Source: Marispirochaeta sp. (GTDB lineage: Bacteria > Spirochaetota > Spirochaetia > JC444 > Marispirochaetaceae). Taken from it: a DNA stretch of 64,000 nucleotides. Under the pieces are notes generated by a model. It was not told the DNA's origin, did not search any database, and saw only the letters and a program-made list of their open reading frames with translations. The stretch is from contig CAXXFF010000001.1 in NCBI GenBank assembly GCA_963676835.2, forward strand, positions 320,001 to 384,000, read 5' to 3'. Below, piece after piece: positions 50,899 through 61,162 of the stretch; the stretch's first letter is position 1, and every line of letters starts with the position of its first letter. The translations under genes were made by a program, and so were the position numbers.

Positions 50899-53330
50899 TG
50901 AAACGCGCTCCTCATTCCTTGTCCCCCCCATCATTTTCCGTAACCCTTACGGAAAATATGAAATTCTCAGGGCCCGATGCAGAGTTGAATATCCGCGGTC
51001 TTTACCCGGGGATATACGAAATAAGGTATGATTTCAACGCCTGCCCCGTGGAACCGGACCTTGAAGATGCAGCTGCCGAACTGGCAGATCCGGGGTTTGT
51101 TCCGGAACCGGTAACTTTTTCGACAGAATCCGAAGGAGACCTCTGCAGGGCCGAAGACGGGAATATCCGGCTTGAGATTGATCTGCCCAGCGGCACCGTA
51201 TCCGTTTTCCGGCGGGGCACCCTGATTCATGGAGGTCTCATCGGAAGCTCCGATACGGTGGTTCCCCGGTTTCCACTGCGGGTATACGGTGCGCCACCGC
51301 GGCATGTACAGGGTGTCTTTAATTTTCCCATGGACGCGGGAGACCGTTTCTACGGTCTGGGCGATAAGGGCGGCAGTCCGAACCGCCGCAACCGGCGCTT
51401 CCTTCTTCACAGCCGGGATGCCCTGGGATATAAGGGAGACTTCGCCGATCCCCTCTACAAATCAATTCCCTTTGTCATCAAGTGGAACCCCTCGTCTGGA
51501 ACGTGGATCGGCATCGCGGTGATGGCAACAGATATTGTGCGCGCTGATTTCGGTGTGGAGAGTCAGTATTTCTACTCATTTGCCTTAAGAAACGGACCTT
51601 ACCGTTATGTTCTTTTTACCGGAGATTCATACGGTGATATTCTCGAAGGCTACCTTAAACTTACCGGAAAGCCTGCCTTTCCCCCGGCTTTTACCTTCGG
51701 TTTCCTTGGATCATCCATGGATTATGTTGAAACAGACGATGGAGAAGAACGAGTAGCTGCATACTTTGACACAGTGGAATCACGGGAAGTACCCTGTGAA
51801 GGACTGTATCTGTCAAGCGGATATTATAAATCCGACAATGGACACCGGCACAGCTTTCTGTGGAACCTGCGCAAGTTTCCGGATCCGAATGAGTTTATCG
51901 GCACTATCCGGAAACGTGGATACCATGTGGCGGCCAATCTCAAACCGGGAATACTCATTGATCACCCGAATTATAATAAATTCATCAGTGAGAACAGTCT
52001 GGTTAAAGATGGAGACGGTGAACCCTACGTGGAATTCTACTGGGGGGAAAACGCCTCTTTCTGGGATTTTATAAGCTCCTCAGGGGTTTCCAACTGGAAA
52101 CGTGAGTTAAGGGCATTCCTCATAGACAGGGGTGTGGATGGAATCTGGAATGACAATAACGAGTATGAGATAGAAGACACCACCGTTCCTGCCCATTCCC
52201 AGCGAAGTACCATGGCCCTGAGGATGTCCCGGGCATCATATGAGGAACTCCTTTCTGCCCATCCCGGACAGCGTCCATGGGTTATCAGCCGTTCCGGAGG
52301 CATCGGAATTCAGCGCTATGCAAGAACCTGGAGCGGAGATAACGGCAGCGACTACGAAAGCCTCCGGGCGAACCTGCTTATGGGTTCCTCCATGGGTTTG
52401 AGCGGACTCCCGTTTTTCGGACATGATGTGGGGGGATTTTACGGGGGACCTCCTGATGCGGTACAGTTTCTGCGCTGGTGTCAGTCCGCTGTTTTCCAGC
52501 CCCGCTTTGTAATCCATTCATGGACAGCCCATGGAAAACCCACGGAGCTCTGGAGTTTCGAAGGTTATTTCGATGCTCTCAGATCCCTTGTACTTCAGCA
52601 CTACGAGTTTCTCCCCTACACCTATTCCCAGGCATACCTGTCGCACCGGACAGGGAAACCTGTTCAGCGGCTTCTGACTCTTGAGTTTCCGGAAGATCCC
52701 GGACTTTCTGACGACACCGCAGCCTATCTGTACGGAGACGCAATTCTGGTCCTGCCGGTGGTAACACCGGACACCGACGAAGTCCGGCTCCGCCTTCCTG
52801 AATGCTGCAGCTGGTACGATCCGGAAAACGCCGGTATTATTACCGGCGGTACCGGGTTCACCTCGAAGGTCAGCGACGGCCGTACCCGCCATCTTCTCAG
52901 GACTCCCTCAGCGGTATTCCGCAGTAATGATCCAGTCAGACATTTCAACGGCTGGCTGCCGGCCATGCAGCTTGATGTATATCCCCCTGACGGTGAGCAT
53001 TCAGACAGCCGCTCTCCCGGCAGCAGCGGAAAAGCTGTATACCGCACCTGGATCTTCGAGGATGACGGAATATCCTTCCCGGAAGCAGGAAACTTCAGAC
53101 TCTGTACCGTAGAACTGACAGACAGCGGCGGCGGTACCTTTCTTCTGAAGATTACCCGCAGTGATCCCGGCAGCTGGGTCCCTGATGATCCCGGACGGAG
53201 TCTGAGTATTAATCTGCCTGAGGGATTTGCTTTTCCCGATAAAAATCAGTCCATGACGATTCCTTTCATGGGGGATTTTTTCAGGGCAGAGTTTATAATC
53301 AGCGGTCACTACAGAGTTATCTGCACATAA
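50898..53330 (+). CDS. Glycoside hydrolase family 31
   Basis: FYGLG, LYKSIPF, WNDNNE nucleophile region, TWSGDN, HDVGGF, FEDDG. Confidence 0.93.
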   Translation: MKRAPHSLSPPSFSVTLTENMKFSGPDAELNIRGLYPGIYEIRYDFNACPVEPDLEDAAAELADPGFVPEPVTFSTESEGDLCRAEDGNIRLEIDLPSGTVSVFRRGTLIHGGLIGSSDTVVPRFPLRVYGAPPRHVQGVFNFPMDAGDRFYGLGDKGGSPNRRNRRFLLHSRDALGYKGDFADPLYKSIPFVIKWNPSSGTWIGIAVMATDIVRADFGVESQYFYSFALRNGPYRYVLFTGDSYGDILEGYLKLTGKPAFPPAFTFGFLGSSMDYVETDDGEERVAAYFDTVESREVPCEGLYLSSGYYKSDNGHRHSFLWNLRKFPDPNEFIGTIRKRGYHVAANLKPGILIDHPNYNKFISENSLVKDGDGEPYVEFYWGENASFWDFISSSGVSNWKRELRAFLIDRGVDGIWNDNNEYEIEDTTVPAHSQRSTMALRMSRASYEELLSAHPGQRPWVISRSGGIGIQRYARTWSGDNGSDYESLRANLLMGSSMGLSGLPFFGHDVGGFYGGPPDAVQFLRWCQSAVFQPRFVIHSWTAHGKPTELWSFEGYFDALRSLVLQHYEFLPYTYSQAYLSHRTGKPVQRLLTLEFPEDPGLSDDTAAYLYGDAILVLPVVTPDTDEVRLRLPECCSWYDPENAGIITGGTGFTSKVSDGRTRHLLRTPSAVFRSNDPVRHFNGWLPAMQLDVYPPDGEHSDSRSPGSSGKAVYRTWIFEDDGISFPEAGNFRLCTVELTDSGGGTFLLKITRSDPGSWVPDDPGRSLSINLPEGFAFPDKNQSMTIPFMGDFFRAEFIISGHYRVICT

Positions 53331-53387
53331 CAGTGTAGAAAGAAACATACCAGACGATAACAAAGGAAAAAAGAATAAGGAAAACAT

Positions 53388-54347
53388 ATGAAAAGCTCTG
53401 TTCTTACATTCACAGCAGAAAGGAAGGCTGAATTCATTGACCGCAGCCTGCCGGGACTTTCCGACGGCCAGGCACTGGTGGAGAACCTGGTCAGTTTACT
53501 GAGCCCGGGAACAGAACTGGCACTGTTTACCAGAAGCCATATCGGGTTTGACGATCCGGACATTCAATGGGCCAGGTACCCGATTCCCGCTGGATATGCT
53601 TCGGCGGGAGTCGTCCGGGAGAGCAGGATTAAGGGGCTGAGACCGGGAAGCATGGTAATGCATTACGGACCCCACGCCGATTTTTCCATCATCGGAGACA
53701 GCCTTGTGCACTGGGCAGAAGTGCCGGACAATCTTGATCCGGAAACAGCCTGTTTCGCCCGTTTTGCACAGATAGCCCGCAGTGCCCGCATTGCCGCCTG
53801 CAGGACACCGAAAAAGGTCCTGGTTTACGGCGCGGGAATCGTGGGAAACCTGGCTGCCCAGTGGTTCAACCTGGAAGAGGCCGAGGATGTCCGCATCGCG
53901 GATTTGTCCCCTGAACGTCTTGCCATGGCTTCCGCCTGCGGCATCGCCGGTGACGGAGAAACCGGCACTGCTCCGGAGCTTTTTTCTCCGGATACTATTA
54001 TAGAAGCCACAGGCTCACCCGCAGTTATAGATACTGCCCTTAACCGGGTGGAAAAACTCGGTCAGATTATTCTTCTCGGGTCCACCAGGGGCTTGGTCTC
54101 CCTTAACCTCTATAAACATATACACCGCAAACTTGTACTGTTAAGCGGTGCTCACGAAACTATCCAGGGAGAACAGGTGAAGGAAATTCTCAGACTAAGT
54201 CTGGATAAACTTGCCGGTGGATATCTTGTAGTATCCCCCCTCATAACCCACAGCATTAGTCCCGGAGAAATCGCCGGAATCTATGAAAAGATACTTGAAC
54301 AGCCCGGAAAATATACGGGCATACTGGTTCAATGGAGCAAAAAATGA
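53388..54347 (+). CDS. MDR-family dehydrogenase (SPGTE subtype)
   Basis: LSPGTE, GYAS.G, GAGIVG, IEATG. Confidence 0.85.
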   Translation: MKSSVLTFTAERKAEFIDRSLPGLSDGQALVENLVSLLSPGTELALFTRSHIGFDDPDIQWARYPIPAGYASAGVVRESRIKGLRPGSMVMHYGPHADFSIIGDSLVHWAEVPDNLDPETACFARFAQIARSARIAACRTPKKVLVYGAGIVGNLAAQWFNLEEAEDVRIADLSPERLAMASACGIAGDGETGTAPELFSPDTIIEATGSPAVIDTALNRVEKLGQIILLGSTRGLVSLNLYKHIHRKLVLLSGAHETIQGEQVKEILRLSLDKLAGGYLVVSPLITHSISPGEIAGIYEKILEQPGKYTGILVQWSKK

Positions 54348-55192
54348 AAATCGGACTGGAACGTTTTTCGGGAATAGCGGATGAAGGCTCAGCGTCGATT
54401 TCAAGACAGCTGGAAATCCATAAACAACTGGGATGGAGCAGCATCGAACTGCGAACGGTGGAAGGCAGAAATATCTGTGAAATGGATGACAGGGATTTCG
54501 AACAAGTTGCCGCGGCTGTAATCGATACTGGATTTTCCGTTTCCGCATTCGGTTCCGCCATTGCCAACTGGTCCCGTCCGGTTACCGGAGATTTCTCCAT
54601 CGACCGGCATGATCTGCTCAGGGCCGTCCCGCGGATGAAAACGCTCAACACCGATTATATACGGGTTATGTCATATACCTCCGGCGGACTTCCGGAAAGA
54701 GAGTGGGCAGAGGAAGCTCTGAAACGGCTGAAAGAACTGGTCCGTATTGCCGAGGGTGAAGGGGTTGTTCTTGTCCATGAAAACTGTGACGGATGGGCCA
54801 GTCAGACTCCGGCAAATCTTAAACGTATGCTGGGGGAAATAGACAGTAAGGCACTGCAGATTGTGTTTGATCCAGGGAATCCGCTTAACCACGGATCAGA
54901 ACCGGAGGAAGTCTGGGATTTTTATCACGCCGCAAAGCCGAGGATTGTGCATTTTCATATCAAGGACTGCTATGTAAATGAAGAAGGAAAACCGGAACAC
55001 TGTTTTCCCGGTCAGGGACAATGTGAAATACGCCCTATAGTTGAGGATCTCGAAGCTTCCGGATACCGGGGGATGTATGCAATCGAACCGCATATGACTG
55101 TGCAGATCCATAAAAGCATGGAAGGTGATGCCGAAGCCATGGAAAAAAACTATATCCAGTACGGTACAACTGCGGTTAAACTGTTATCATAA
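54344..55192 (+). CDS. Sugar phosphate isomerase/epimerase (xylose isomerase-like TIM barrel)
   Basis: IADE, HEN, FDPGN, HIKD, IEPH metal motifs; ATGA overlap. Confidence 0.88.
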   Translation: MKIGLERFSGIADEGSASISRQLEIHKQLGWSSIELRTVEGRNICEMDDRDFEQVAAAVIDTGFSVSAFGSAIANWSRPVTGDFSIDRHDLLRAVPRMKTLNTDYIRVMSYTSGGLPEREWAEEALKRLKELVRIAEGEGVVLVHENCDGWASQTPANLKRMLGEIDSKALQIVFDPGNPLNHGSEPEEVWDFYHAAKPRIVHFHIKDCYVNEEGKPEHCFPGQGQCEIRPIVEDLEASGYRGMYAIEPHMTVQIHKSMEGDAEAMEKNYIQYGTTAVKLLS

Positions 55193-55225
55193 AAGTAAGG
55201 AACCTTCAGGGAGACACCTCATGGT

Positions 55226-56707
55226 ATGGCGGAAAGAGATTTACAGATGACCTACGATCTGGCAATAATCGGTGCAGGAGTGGTAGGTTCCAGCATCGCC
55301 CGCAGGATGTCTGAATACAACCTCAATATTATCGTCCTGGAAAAAGCCACAGACATCAGCTTCGGTGTATCAAAAGCAAATTCCGGTATTGTTCATGGAG
55401 GTTTCCATTACCGCTCCGACACCCTGAAAGGCCGCCTTGAGATACGGGGAAACCTCCGTTATGACGAGCTTCAGAAAGAACTTCATTTTCCATTCAGGCG
55501 CTGCGGGATTCTGGTTGCTGCATTCAGCACGGAAGAAATGCGCCGGGTAGAGACCCTGTATCAGAACGGCGTGGAAAACGGGGCTATAGGTATAGAACTC
55601 TGCAATCGTGAAAGAATGCTGGCCCTGGAACCTAAACTCAACCCGGACAGTATCGGTGGACTGCACGCACCCAACGGAGGTATCGTAGAACCCTACCGCT
55701 TTGTTTTCGCCCTGATGGAATCAGCTCTGAAAAACGGGGTGATGCTGAAAACGGACTTCCAGCTGGGGGATGTACGGAAAAACGGCGGCAGTTTTGTGCT
55801 TAAATCCATCACCGGAGAAGAGGTCCGCACCCGCTGGGCGGTAAACGCCGCTGGTCTGTATGCCGATGAAGTATCCGCTCTCTTTGCGGCTGAACAATTC
55901 CGGATAACTCCCCGAAAAGGAGAAGAGTTTCTCCTGGACCGTAATGCCTCAGCATATACAAACAAGGTGGTTTTTCCCGTTCCGGAAATACACTCAAAAG
56001 GAATGCTGGTTATTCCCACAGTTGAAGGCACCACCATGATCGGCCCCACCGCCGAGATTCAGCAAAGCAAGGAAGACACCGCCACTACGGCTGAGAATTT
56101 TTCTCTGGCCTTTGCCAGCGCCCGCCGGCTGGTTCCGGTTGTTTCCGAAAGGGACATTATCACCAGTTTTTCAGGATTGAGACCGGTACTTGAGAATAAG
56201 GAAGACTTTTTTATCGCCCCGTCCAAAGCGGTACCGAGGCTGATTCAGGCTGCAGGTATACAAAGCCCCGGACTGACTGCAGCACCGGCAATAGCAGACT
56301 ATGTAAAAGACCTTCTGCGGGATGCGGGGCTTGAACTCCGGGAACGCCCGGGATATGACCCGATGATTCCCGAAATCACCAGGTTCCGCACCGCCGACCA
56401 GGCGACCCGGGACCGTCTGATCGCGGAAAACCCGGCTTACGGAGAAATTATCTGCCGCTGCGAGTCGGTCAGTGAGGCGGAAATTATCGAAGCCATCAGA
56501 CGGGGACATACTACCCTCGACGGCATAAAATTCTACACCCGTGCCGGGATGGGCCGCTGCCAGGGCGGCTTCTGCAGCTTCCGTATTCTAAAAATAATTG
56601 CCAGGGAAACCGGGATGGATATGCTGGAACTGACAAAACGGGGAAAAGGGAGCGAAATCCTCCGCTGCCGGATCGGCAGTATGCCGGTGGAGGAGACAGC
56701 AGAATGA
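55226..56707 (+). CDS. GlpA/LhgO-like FAD oxidoreductase with BFD-like [2Fe-2S] domain
   Basis: GAGVVG, SKANSGIVHGG, IQSPGLT, ICRCE, GMGRCQGGFC. Confidence 0.9.
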   Translation: MAERDLQMTYDLAIIGAGVVGSSIARRMSEYNLNIIVLEKATDISFGVSKANSGIVHGGFHYRSDTLKGRLEIRGNLRYDELQKELHFPFRRCGILVAAFSTEEMRRVETLYQNGVENGAIGIELCNRERMLALEPKLNPDSIGGLHAPNGGIVEPYRFVFALMESALKNGVMLKTDFQLGDVRKNGGSFVLKSITGEEVRTRWAVNAAGLYADEVSALFAAEQFRITPRKGEEFLLDRNASAYTNKVVFPVPEIHSKGMLVIPTVEGTTMIGPTAEIQQSKEDTATTAENFSLAFASARRLVPVVSERDIITSFSGLRPVLENKEDFFIAPSKAVPRLIQAAGIQSPGLTAAPAIADYVKDLLRDAGLELRERPGYDPMIPEITRFRTADQATRDRLIAENPAYGEIICRCESVSEAEIIEAIRRGHTTLDGIKFYTRAGMGRCQGGFCSFRILKIIARETGMDMLELTKRGKGSEILRCRIGSMPVEETAE

Positions 56708-58029
56708 AAACCCTGAGCTATGACTGTGCAGTAATAGGCGGCGGTGCAGCAGGAATGACCGCCGCAATGGAACTTGCAGACAGGGGCCGGTCGGTGGTGC
56801 TTATCGAGCGCGATGGCATGCTCGGCGGTATCCTCAACCAGTGCATTCATAACGGATTCGGCCTTCACTGGTTCAGGGAGGAACTTACGGGGCCGAAGTA
56901 TGCCGAGCGTTTTGCCGACCAGATTACCGGTTCAGGCATCGATGTATTTCTATCCATGACCGTGACTGAAATACAGAGAAAATCTGCAGAGTCTGCAGAA
57001 AATAGTAATCAGCAAACCGGCAGCCAGGTTATTGCAAGTTCAGCGCAAAGCGGAGTTATATCCTTCGAGGTGAAAGCAGTAATCCTTGCAATGGGATGCA
57101 GGGAAAGAAACCGCGGCAATATCGGCATTGCGGGCACACGGCCAGCAGGAATCTTCACCGCAGGTCTGGCTCAGCGGCTGGTTAATATTGAAGGATATGT
57201 ACCCGGATCCAGCTGCGTCATCATCGGCAGCGGTGATATCGGGCTGATTATGGCCAGACGCATGACATGGATCGGAGTAAAAGTGGAGGCTGTGGTAGAG
57301 ATTCAGCCCTACCCGGCCGGCCTCACCCGCAACATTGTCCAATGCCTTAACGACTTTCAGATTCCCCTCTACCTTTCCCACGAGGTAACAGAAATCCGCG
57401 GTAAAGACCGGGTGGAGGGAGTGCACATAGCCCCGGTGGACAGAAGTTCCGATGGATTTGATCTGGCCTGTGACACAATTCTGCTTTCTGTAGGACTGAT
57501 TCCCGACAATGAACTGATCCGTTCCGCCGGGATCACCATCCGTCAGGAGACCAGCGGTCCTGAAGTTGATGAATCACTTATGTGCTCCGCGGCAGGTGTA
57601 TTCGCCTGCGGCAATGTACTGCATGTACACGATCTGGTTGACTGGGTCAGTGAGGAAGCAAGCCGCTGTGCTGCTGCCGCTGACACATGGATCGGCCGTA
57701 GTAAAACATCCGCAGAACCCGGGAGCAGTGCCTTCACCATACGGGCGGGAGCAAATCTCCGCTATGTACTGCCCCATACCTGTACTTTCCCTGGTCCCGT
57801 ACGGTTCTCCATGAGAAGTATGATTGTATCAAACCGGGCAAGGGTGGAACTGCGCAGCGGTTCCAAAGTACTGGAAAGTAAATCCCTGCAGCACATTCAG
57901 CCCTCTGAAATGATTCATGTCGATGTCGATCCCTCCCAATGGACGGAACAGCCTGCCCCGGGAGTACTGGAGTTTCATATTATCAACAAAGAAAAAACAG
58001 CAGAAAGAGAAAACAGTGATGAACAGTAA
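56704..58029 (+). CDS. FAD/NAD(P)-dependent oxidoreductase (partner of GlpA-like subunit)
   Basis: GGGAAG, GGILNQCIHNGFG, GCRER, GSGDIG, CGNVLHVHD. Confidence 0.9.
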   Translation: MKTLSYDCAVIGGGAAGMTAAMELADRGRSVVLIERDGMLGGILNQCIHNGFGLHWFREELTGPKYAERFADQITGSGIDVFLSMTVTEIQRKSAESAENSNQQTGSQVIASSAQSGVISFEVKAVILAMGCRERNRGNIGIAGTRPAGIFTAGLAQRLVNIEGYVPGSSCVIIGSGDIGLIMARRMTWIGVKVEAVVEIQPYPAGLTRNIVQCLNDFQIPLYLSHEVTEIRGKDRVEGVHIAPVDRSSDGFDLACDTILLSVGLIPDNELIRSAGITIRQETSGPEVDESLMCSAAGVFACGNVLHVHDLVDWVSEEASRCAAAADTWIGRSKTSAEPGSSAFTIRAGANLRYVLPHTCTFPGPVRFSMRSMIVSNRARVELRSGSKVLESKSLQHIQPSEMIHVDVDPSQWTEQPAPGVLEFHIINKEKTAERENSDEQ

Positions 58030-58408
58030 CAGCCGGGAACTCATCTGTATAAGCTGTCCCATGGGCTGTCATCTTGATCTCAGATTTTCAGGCGACATTC
58101 AAGATGTCCGGGAGGGAGCTGATATAGAGGTACGGGGCAACCGCTGCCCCAGGGGGGACCTGTACGCCAGAGAGGAACTCCTCCGGCCCAGGCGTACCGT
58201 TACCGCCACTGTTTTCAGCGGTGAACATTTTCCCCGCATTCCGGTTAAAAGCAGCTCTCCCGTTCCCCGGGGAGACATCCCTTCCGTCCTGAACGATCTG
58301 TATCAGGTTCATGCATCTCTTCCGGTTACCTGCGGTCAGGTGATAGCCGTAATCAGAAATATAGAGTTTGTCGCCACCAGAAGTTTCAGGAATATCAATG
58401 AAGAATAA
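58019..58408 (+). CDS. DUF1667 family protein
   Basis: CISCPMGC, GNRCPRG, PRRTVTATV, PVKS. Confidence 0.88.
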   Translation: MNSNSRELICISCPMGCHLDLRFSGDIQDVREGADIEVRGNRCPRGDLYAREELLRPRRTVTATVFSGEHFPRIPVKSSSPVPRGDIPSVLNDLYQVHASLPVTCGQVIAVIRNIEFVATRSFRNINEE

Positions 58409-59942
58409 GCATACAGGGCAGTATGATGCGGTGATAATCGGCGGAGGAATCGTCGGGACTGCCATCGCCTATCTACTTTCCCACCGCCGCAGAGACGGGA
58501 ATTCCCTGAAAATTGCGCTTGTAGAAAAAAGTGATGATTTTGCAGCCGGGGCAACCCGGTCAAACAGCGGAATCATTCATGGCGCATATGCCGCATCCCA
58601 TGAAACCCTCAAAGGCAAGTTAATGGCCAGAGGGAACATTCTCTGGCGCCGCTGGGCGGAAAGATTATCAGTTCCATACTCGGAACCCGGCGGAATGGTA
58701 CTTGCTTTCACCCGGGACCAGGAAGCAGTACTTGATTCCCTTGAAAAAAACGCTCGTATCAATACGCTGGATCCCCACAGACAAGCGGAAATAATTACCC
58801 CGGCCCGGATGCATACCCTGCAGGGGGGACTCTCCGCGAAAGTACAGGCGGCTCTTCTTGCACTGGATATTGCGCTGCTCTCCCCCTACGAAGCATGTAT
58901 CGCCCTGGGACAGGAGGCCGGCCTGCGAGGTACGGACCTGATGATGAATCATGAGGTGGTATCAATAGAACCGGGGGATAAAGATATTCTCACCCTTGGA
59001 CTTTCAGGTTCTGACGGTATTCGTCTGCTTTATTCTAAAACAGTTATTAATGCTGCAGGCTATGCCGCGGCATCTGTGGCGGCAATGGCAGGGGAAACAC
59101 CCTTTACACCCCGCTACCGGCGCGGTCAGTACATTGTATTTCAACGGGGCAGCGCCAAAGATCTTCACCATGTAATTTTCCAGGCCCCCGGCCCCGAAGG
59201 AAAGGGCATTCTGGTAACCCCCACCGCCTGGGGGAACCTTCTCATCGGCCCCAACGCCGAAGCTGTAGACGACCCGGTAGATACTTCCACAAGCCCGGAA
59301 GGACTTGAGGAAATTCTAAAGAAGGCATTTCTCAGTGTACCGGACCTTCCGGTACACCGGATGCTGCGGGATTTTGCAGGCATACGGCCCGGAATCGAAG
59401 GGGGAGATTTTTATATCAGTCAGTCTGACAGATATCCCGGACTCATACATCTGGGAGGCATCGATTCCCCCGGACTGACATCAGCCCCGGCAATTGCAGA
59501 AATGGTAACGGAAAAAGTGCTGAATATCCTGGGGGGAACCATATCAGAACTGAGTATGGATGTACTGTCCTGGCCAGCCGGGCCTGAAGTAATTCAGCCT
59601 ATGAAGGATATAAGTGATGATGTAAATCTGGAAGAAGGTAATCCCCGGCGGATTATCTGCCGCTGTGAGCAGGTCCGGCAGGGAACGATAGATGAAGCCT
59701 GCCGGGATGCCGGTAGAGCCGGCCTGGTTCTGAAAAACCGGGACAGCATAAAACGCCGCACCCGTGCAGGTATGGGTGCCTGTCAGGGGCAGTTCTGCAC
59801 ATCCGGAGTTGAATCAATCCTGCAGAAACAGTTTCACCTTACTCAGGAGCAGATTTTACCTGGAAGAAAACCGAGTTCCGAATTCAGGGAGTTTGCCAGT
59901 AAAATCAAACAGGGGAACAAAGACCATAATGACCAGAAATGA
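58398..59942 (+). CDS. Second GlpA/LhgO-like FAD oxidoreductase with BFD-like domain
   Basis: GGGIVG, TRSNSGIIHG, IDSPGLT, ICRCE, GMGACQGQFC. Confidence 0.88.
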   Translation: MKNKHTGQYDAVIIGGGIVGTAIAYLLSHRRRDGNSLKIALVEKSDDFAAGATRSNSGIIHGAYAASHETLKGKLMARGNILWRRWAERLSVPYSEPGGMVLAFTRDQEAVLDSLEKNARINTLDPHRQAEIITPARMHTLQGGLSAKVQAALLALDIALLSPYEACIALGQEAGLRGTDLMMNHEVVSIEPGDKDILTLGLSGSDGIRLLYSKTVINAAGYAAASVAAMAGETPFTPRYRRGQYIVFQRGSAKDLHHVIFQAPGPEGKGILVTPTAWGNLLIGPNAEAVDDPVDTSTSPEGLEEILKKAFLSVPDLPVHRMLRDFAGIRPGIEGGDFYISQSDRYPGLIHLGGIDSPGLTSAPAIAEMVTEKVLNILGGTISELSMDVLSWPAGPEVIQPMKDISDDVNLEEGNPRRIICRCEQVRQGTIDEACRDAGRAGLVLKNRDSIKRRTRAGMGACQGQFCTSGVESILQKQFHLTQEQILPGRKPSSEFREFASKIKQGNKDHNDQK

Positions 59943-61080
59943 TCTTGATAATTTCTGGAATACCGATGCAGCGGCAAAGCAGGAAAACTGCTTCAGCCTG
60001 GATGCTCACCGGGTTTCAATGGGCATACGCATGAGTGAGGAATGTGTCTACAGTGAATTGAAAGAACCCGGTGATCCCTGGAACATAGATGCCCTGCCTC
60101 TGCTGCGACGTGCGGAGCTTAATAAACGGTATAATGAAAAAGCGCTGAAAACCGTGGGCATCCCCCTGCTCCCGGAGCAGTTTCCCCCGGCAGAAGCAGT
60201 TTATCCGCCAATCAGACGCATCGGTGAGGTTTTCGGTGGAACCTACGCAAGGGGGTACCGTACCGGAGAATGGCTGCATCACGAAAAACTGCAAACCCCT
60301 GAAGATCTTACTGCCCAGCTTGACCAGGTTGACTCCATGCTTGCGGACGGGTACAGGAATCTCAGGAGCTTCATATACCCGGAAAACTGGGACGGAGAAA
60401 AAAAAAGGATTTACGGGGACTTTGGAATACTCCCTCCTCTTCTCCGCCACATCCGTGGTCCGGTTACTCTGGCGACTTCCCTGTACGGACTTGAAAAACT
60501 CTCCTATCTGGCTGTTGATGATGAAAACCTCTTTATCCGCTTCGGCCATACAATAGGTAGGGTTATTATTGCCATGGCGGAACTTTCCGACAGGGAAGCG
60601 GATTATTCCGGAGGAGATTCACCCCGGGGCTTCTCATTCGCCGATGACGACTGTTCTCTGTTCAGTCCTGATATGTACCGAAAATTCGGCCATCCGGTCC
60701 TGAAGGCTGTTTTCGAACAGTATGCACCGGACCCGGGAAACATGCGCTTTCAGCATTCCGACTCGGCCATGGCCCACCTCCTGCCGCAGCTTGGAACCCT
60801 GAATCTTACCGGATGCAACTTCGGCCCTACGGTTCTGGTTGAGGAGATACGGGAATTTCTCCCTCAAACCAGAATTGACGGATGCCTGGCACCCTTCACC
60901 TTTATGAGCAATGACAGGGAACAGATCCGCAAAGAAGTACGCCGGGACTGCGAAGCAGTTAAAAGGACTGGAACTCGGGGTCTCAACATTTATACTGCTG
61001 GTTCTATAAATGACGGCAGCTCACTGGAGAGTATGCTTGCCGTTATTGAAGCGGTTATTGAGTTCGGAAATTACAGGTAA
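59929..61080 (+). CDS. Uroporphyrinogen decarboxylase / MtaA-like family protein
   Basis: RGPVTLA, ADDDCSLFSPDMYRKF..P, QHSD, AGSIN; start at ATG 59929. Confidence 0.75.
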   Translation: MTRNDLDNFWNTDAAAKQENCFSLDAHRVSMGIRMSEECVYSELKEPGDPWNIDALPLLRRAELNKRYNEKALKTVGIPLLPEQFPPAEAVYPPIRRIGEVFGGTYARGYRTGEWLHHEKLQTPEDLTAQLDQVDSMLADGYRNLRSFIYPENWDGEKKRIYGDFGILPPLLRHIRGPVTLATSLYGLEKLSYLAVDDENLFIRFGHTIGRVIIAMAELSDREADYSGGDSPRGFSFADDDCSLFSPDMYRKFGHPVLKAVFEQYAPDPGNMRFQHSDSAMAHLLPQLGTLNLTGCNFGPTVLVEEIREFLPQTRIDGCLAPFTFMSNDREQIRKEVRRDCEAVKRTGTRGLNIYTAGSINDGSSLESMLAVIEAVIEFGNYR

Positions 61081-61162
61081 TAAGTGTAATCATGAAAAAA
61101 GAGACCAGCCGTTGCTGAGCCTCTTTTTCCAATCCATGTTCTGAACTTTTTCGCCTGTATTT

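Noticed and set aside
50898..53330. GH31 as a sulfoquinovosidase
   Set aside because: I could not find the sulfonate-binding signature, the nucleophile context WNDNNE differs from that of YihQ, and no sulfoglycolysis kinase or aldolase genes are nearby.
60211..60219. ATCAGACGC match to the tRNA-Gly 3' end as a possible attR
   Set aside because: Only 9 nt, inside a CDS and far from the island edge; chance match.
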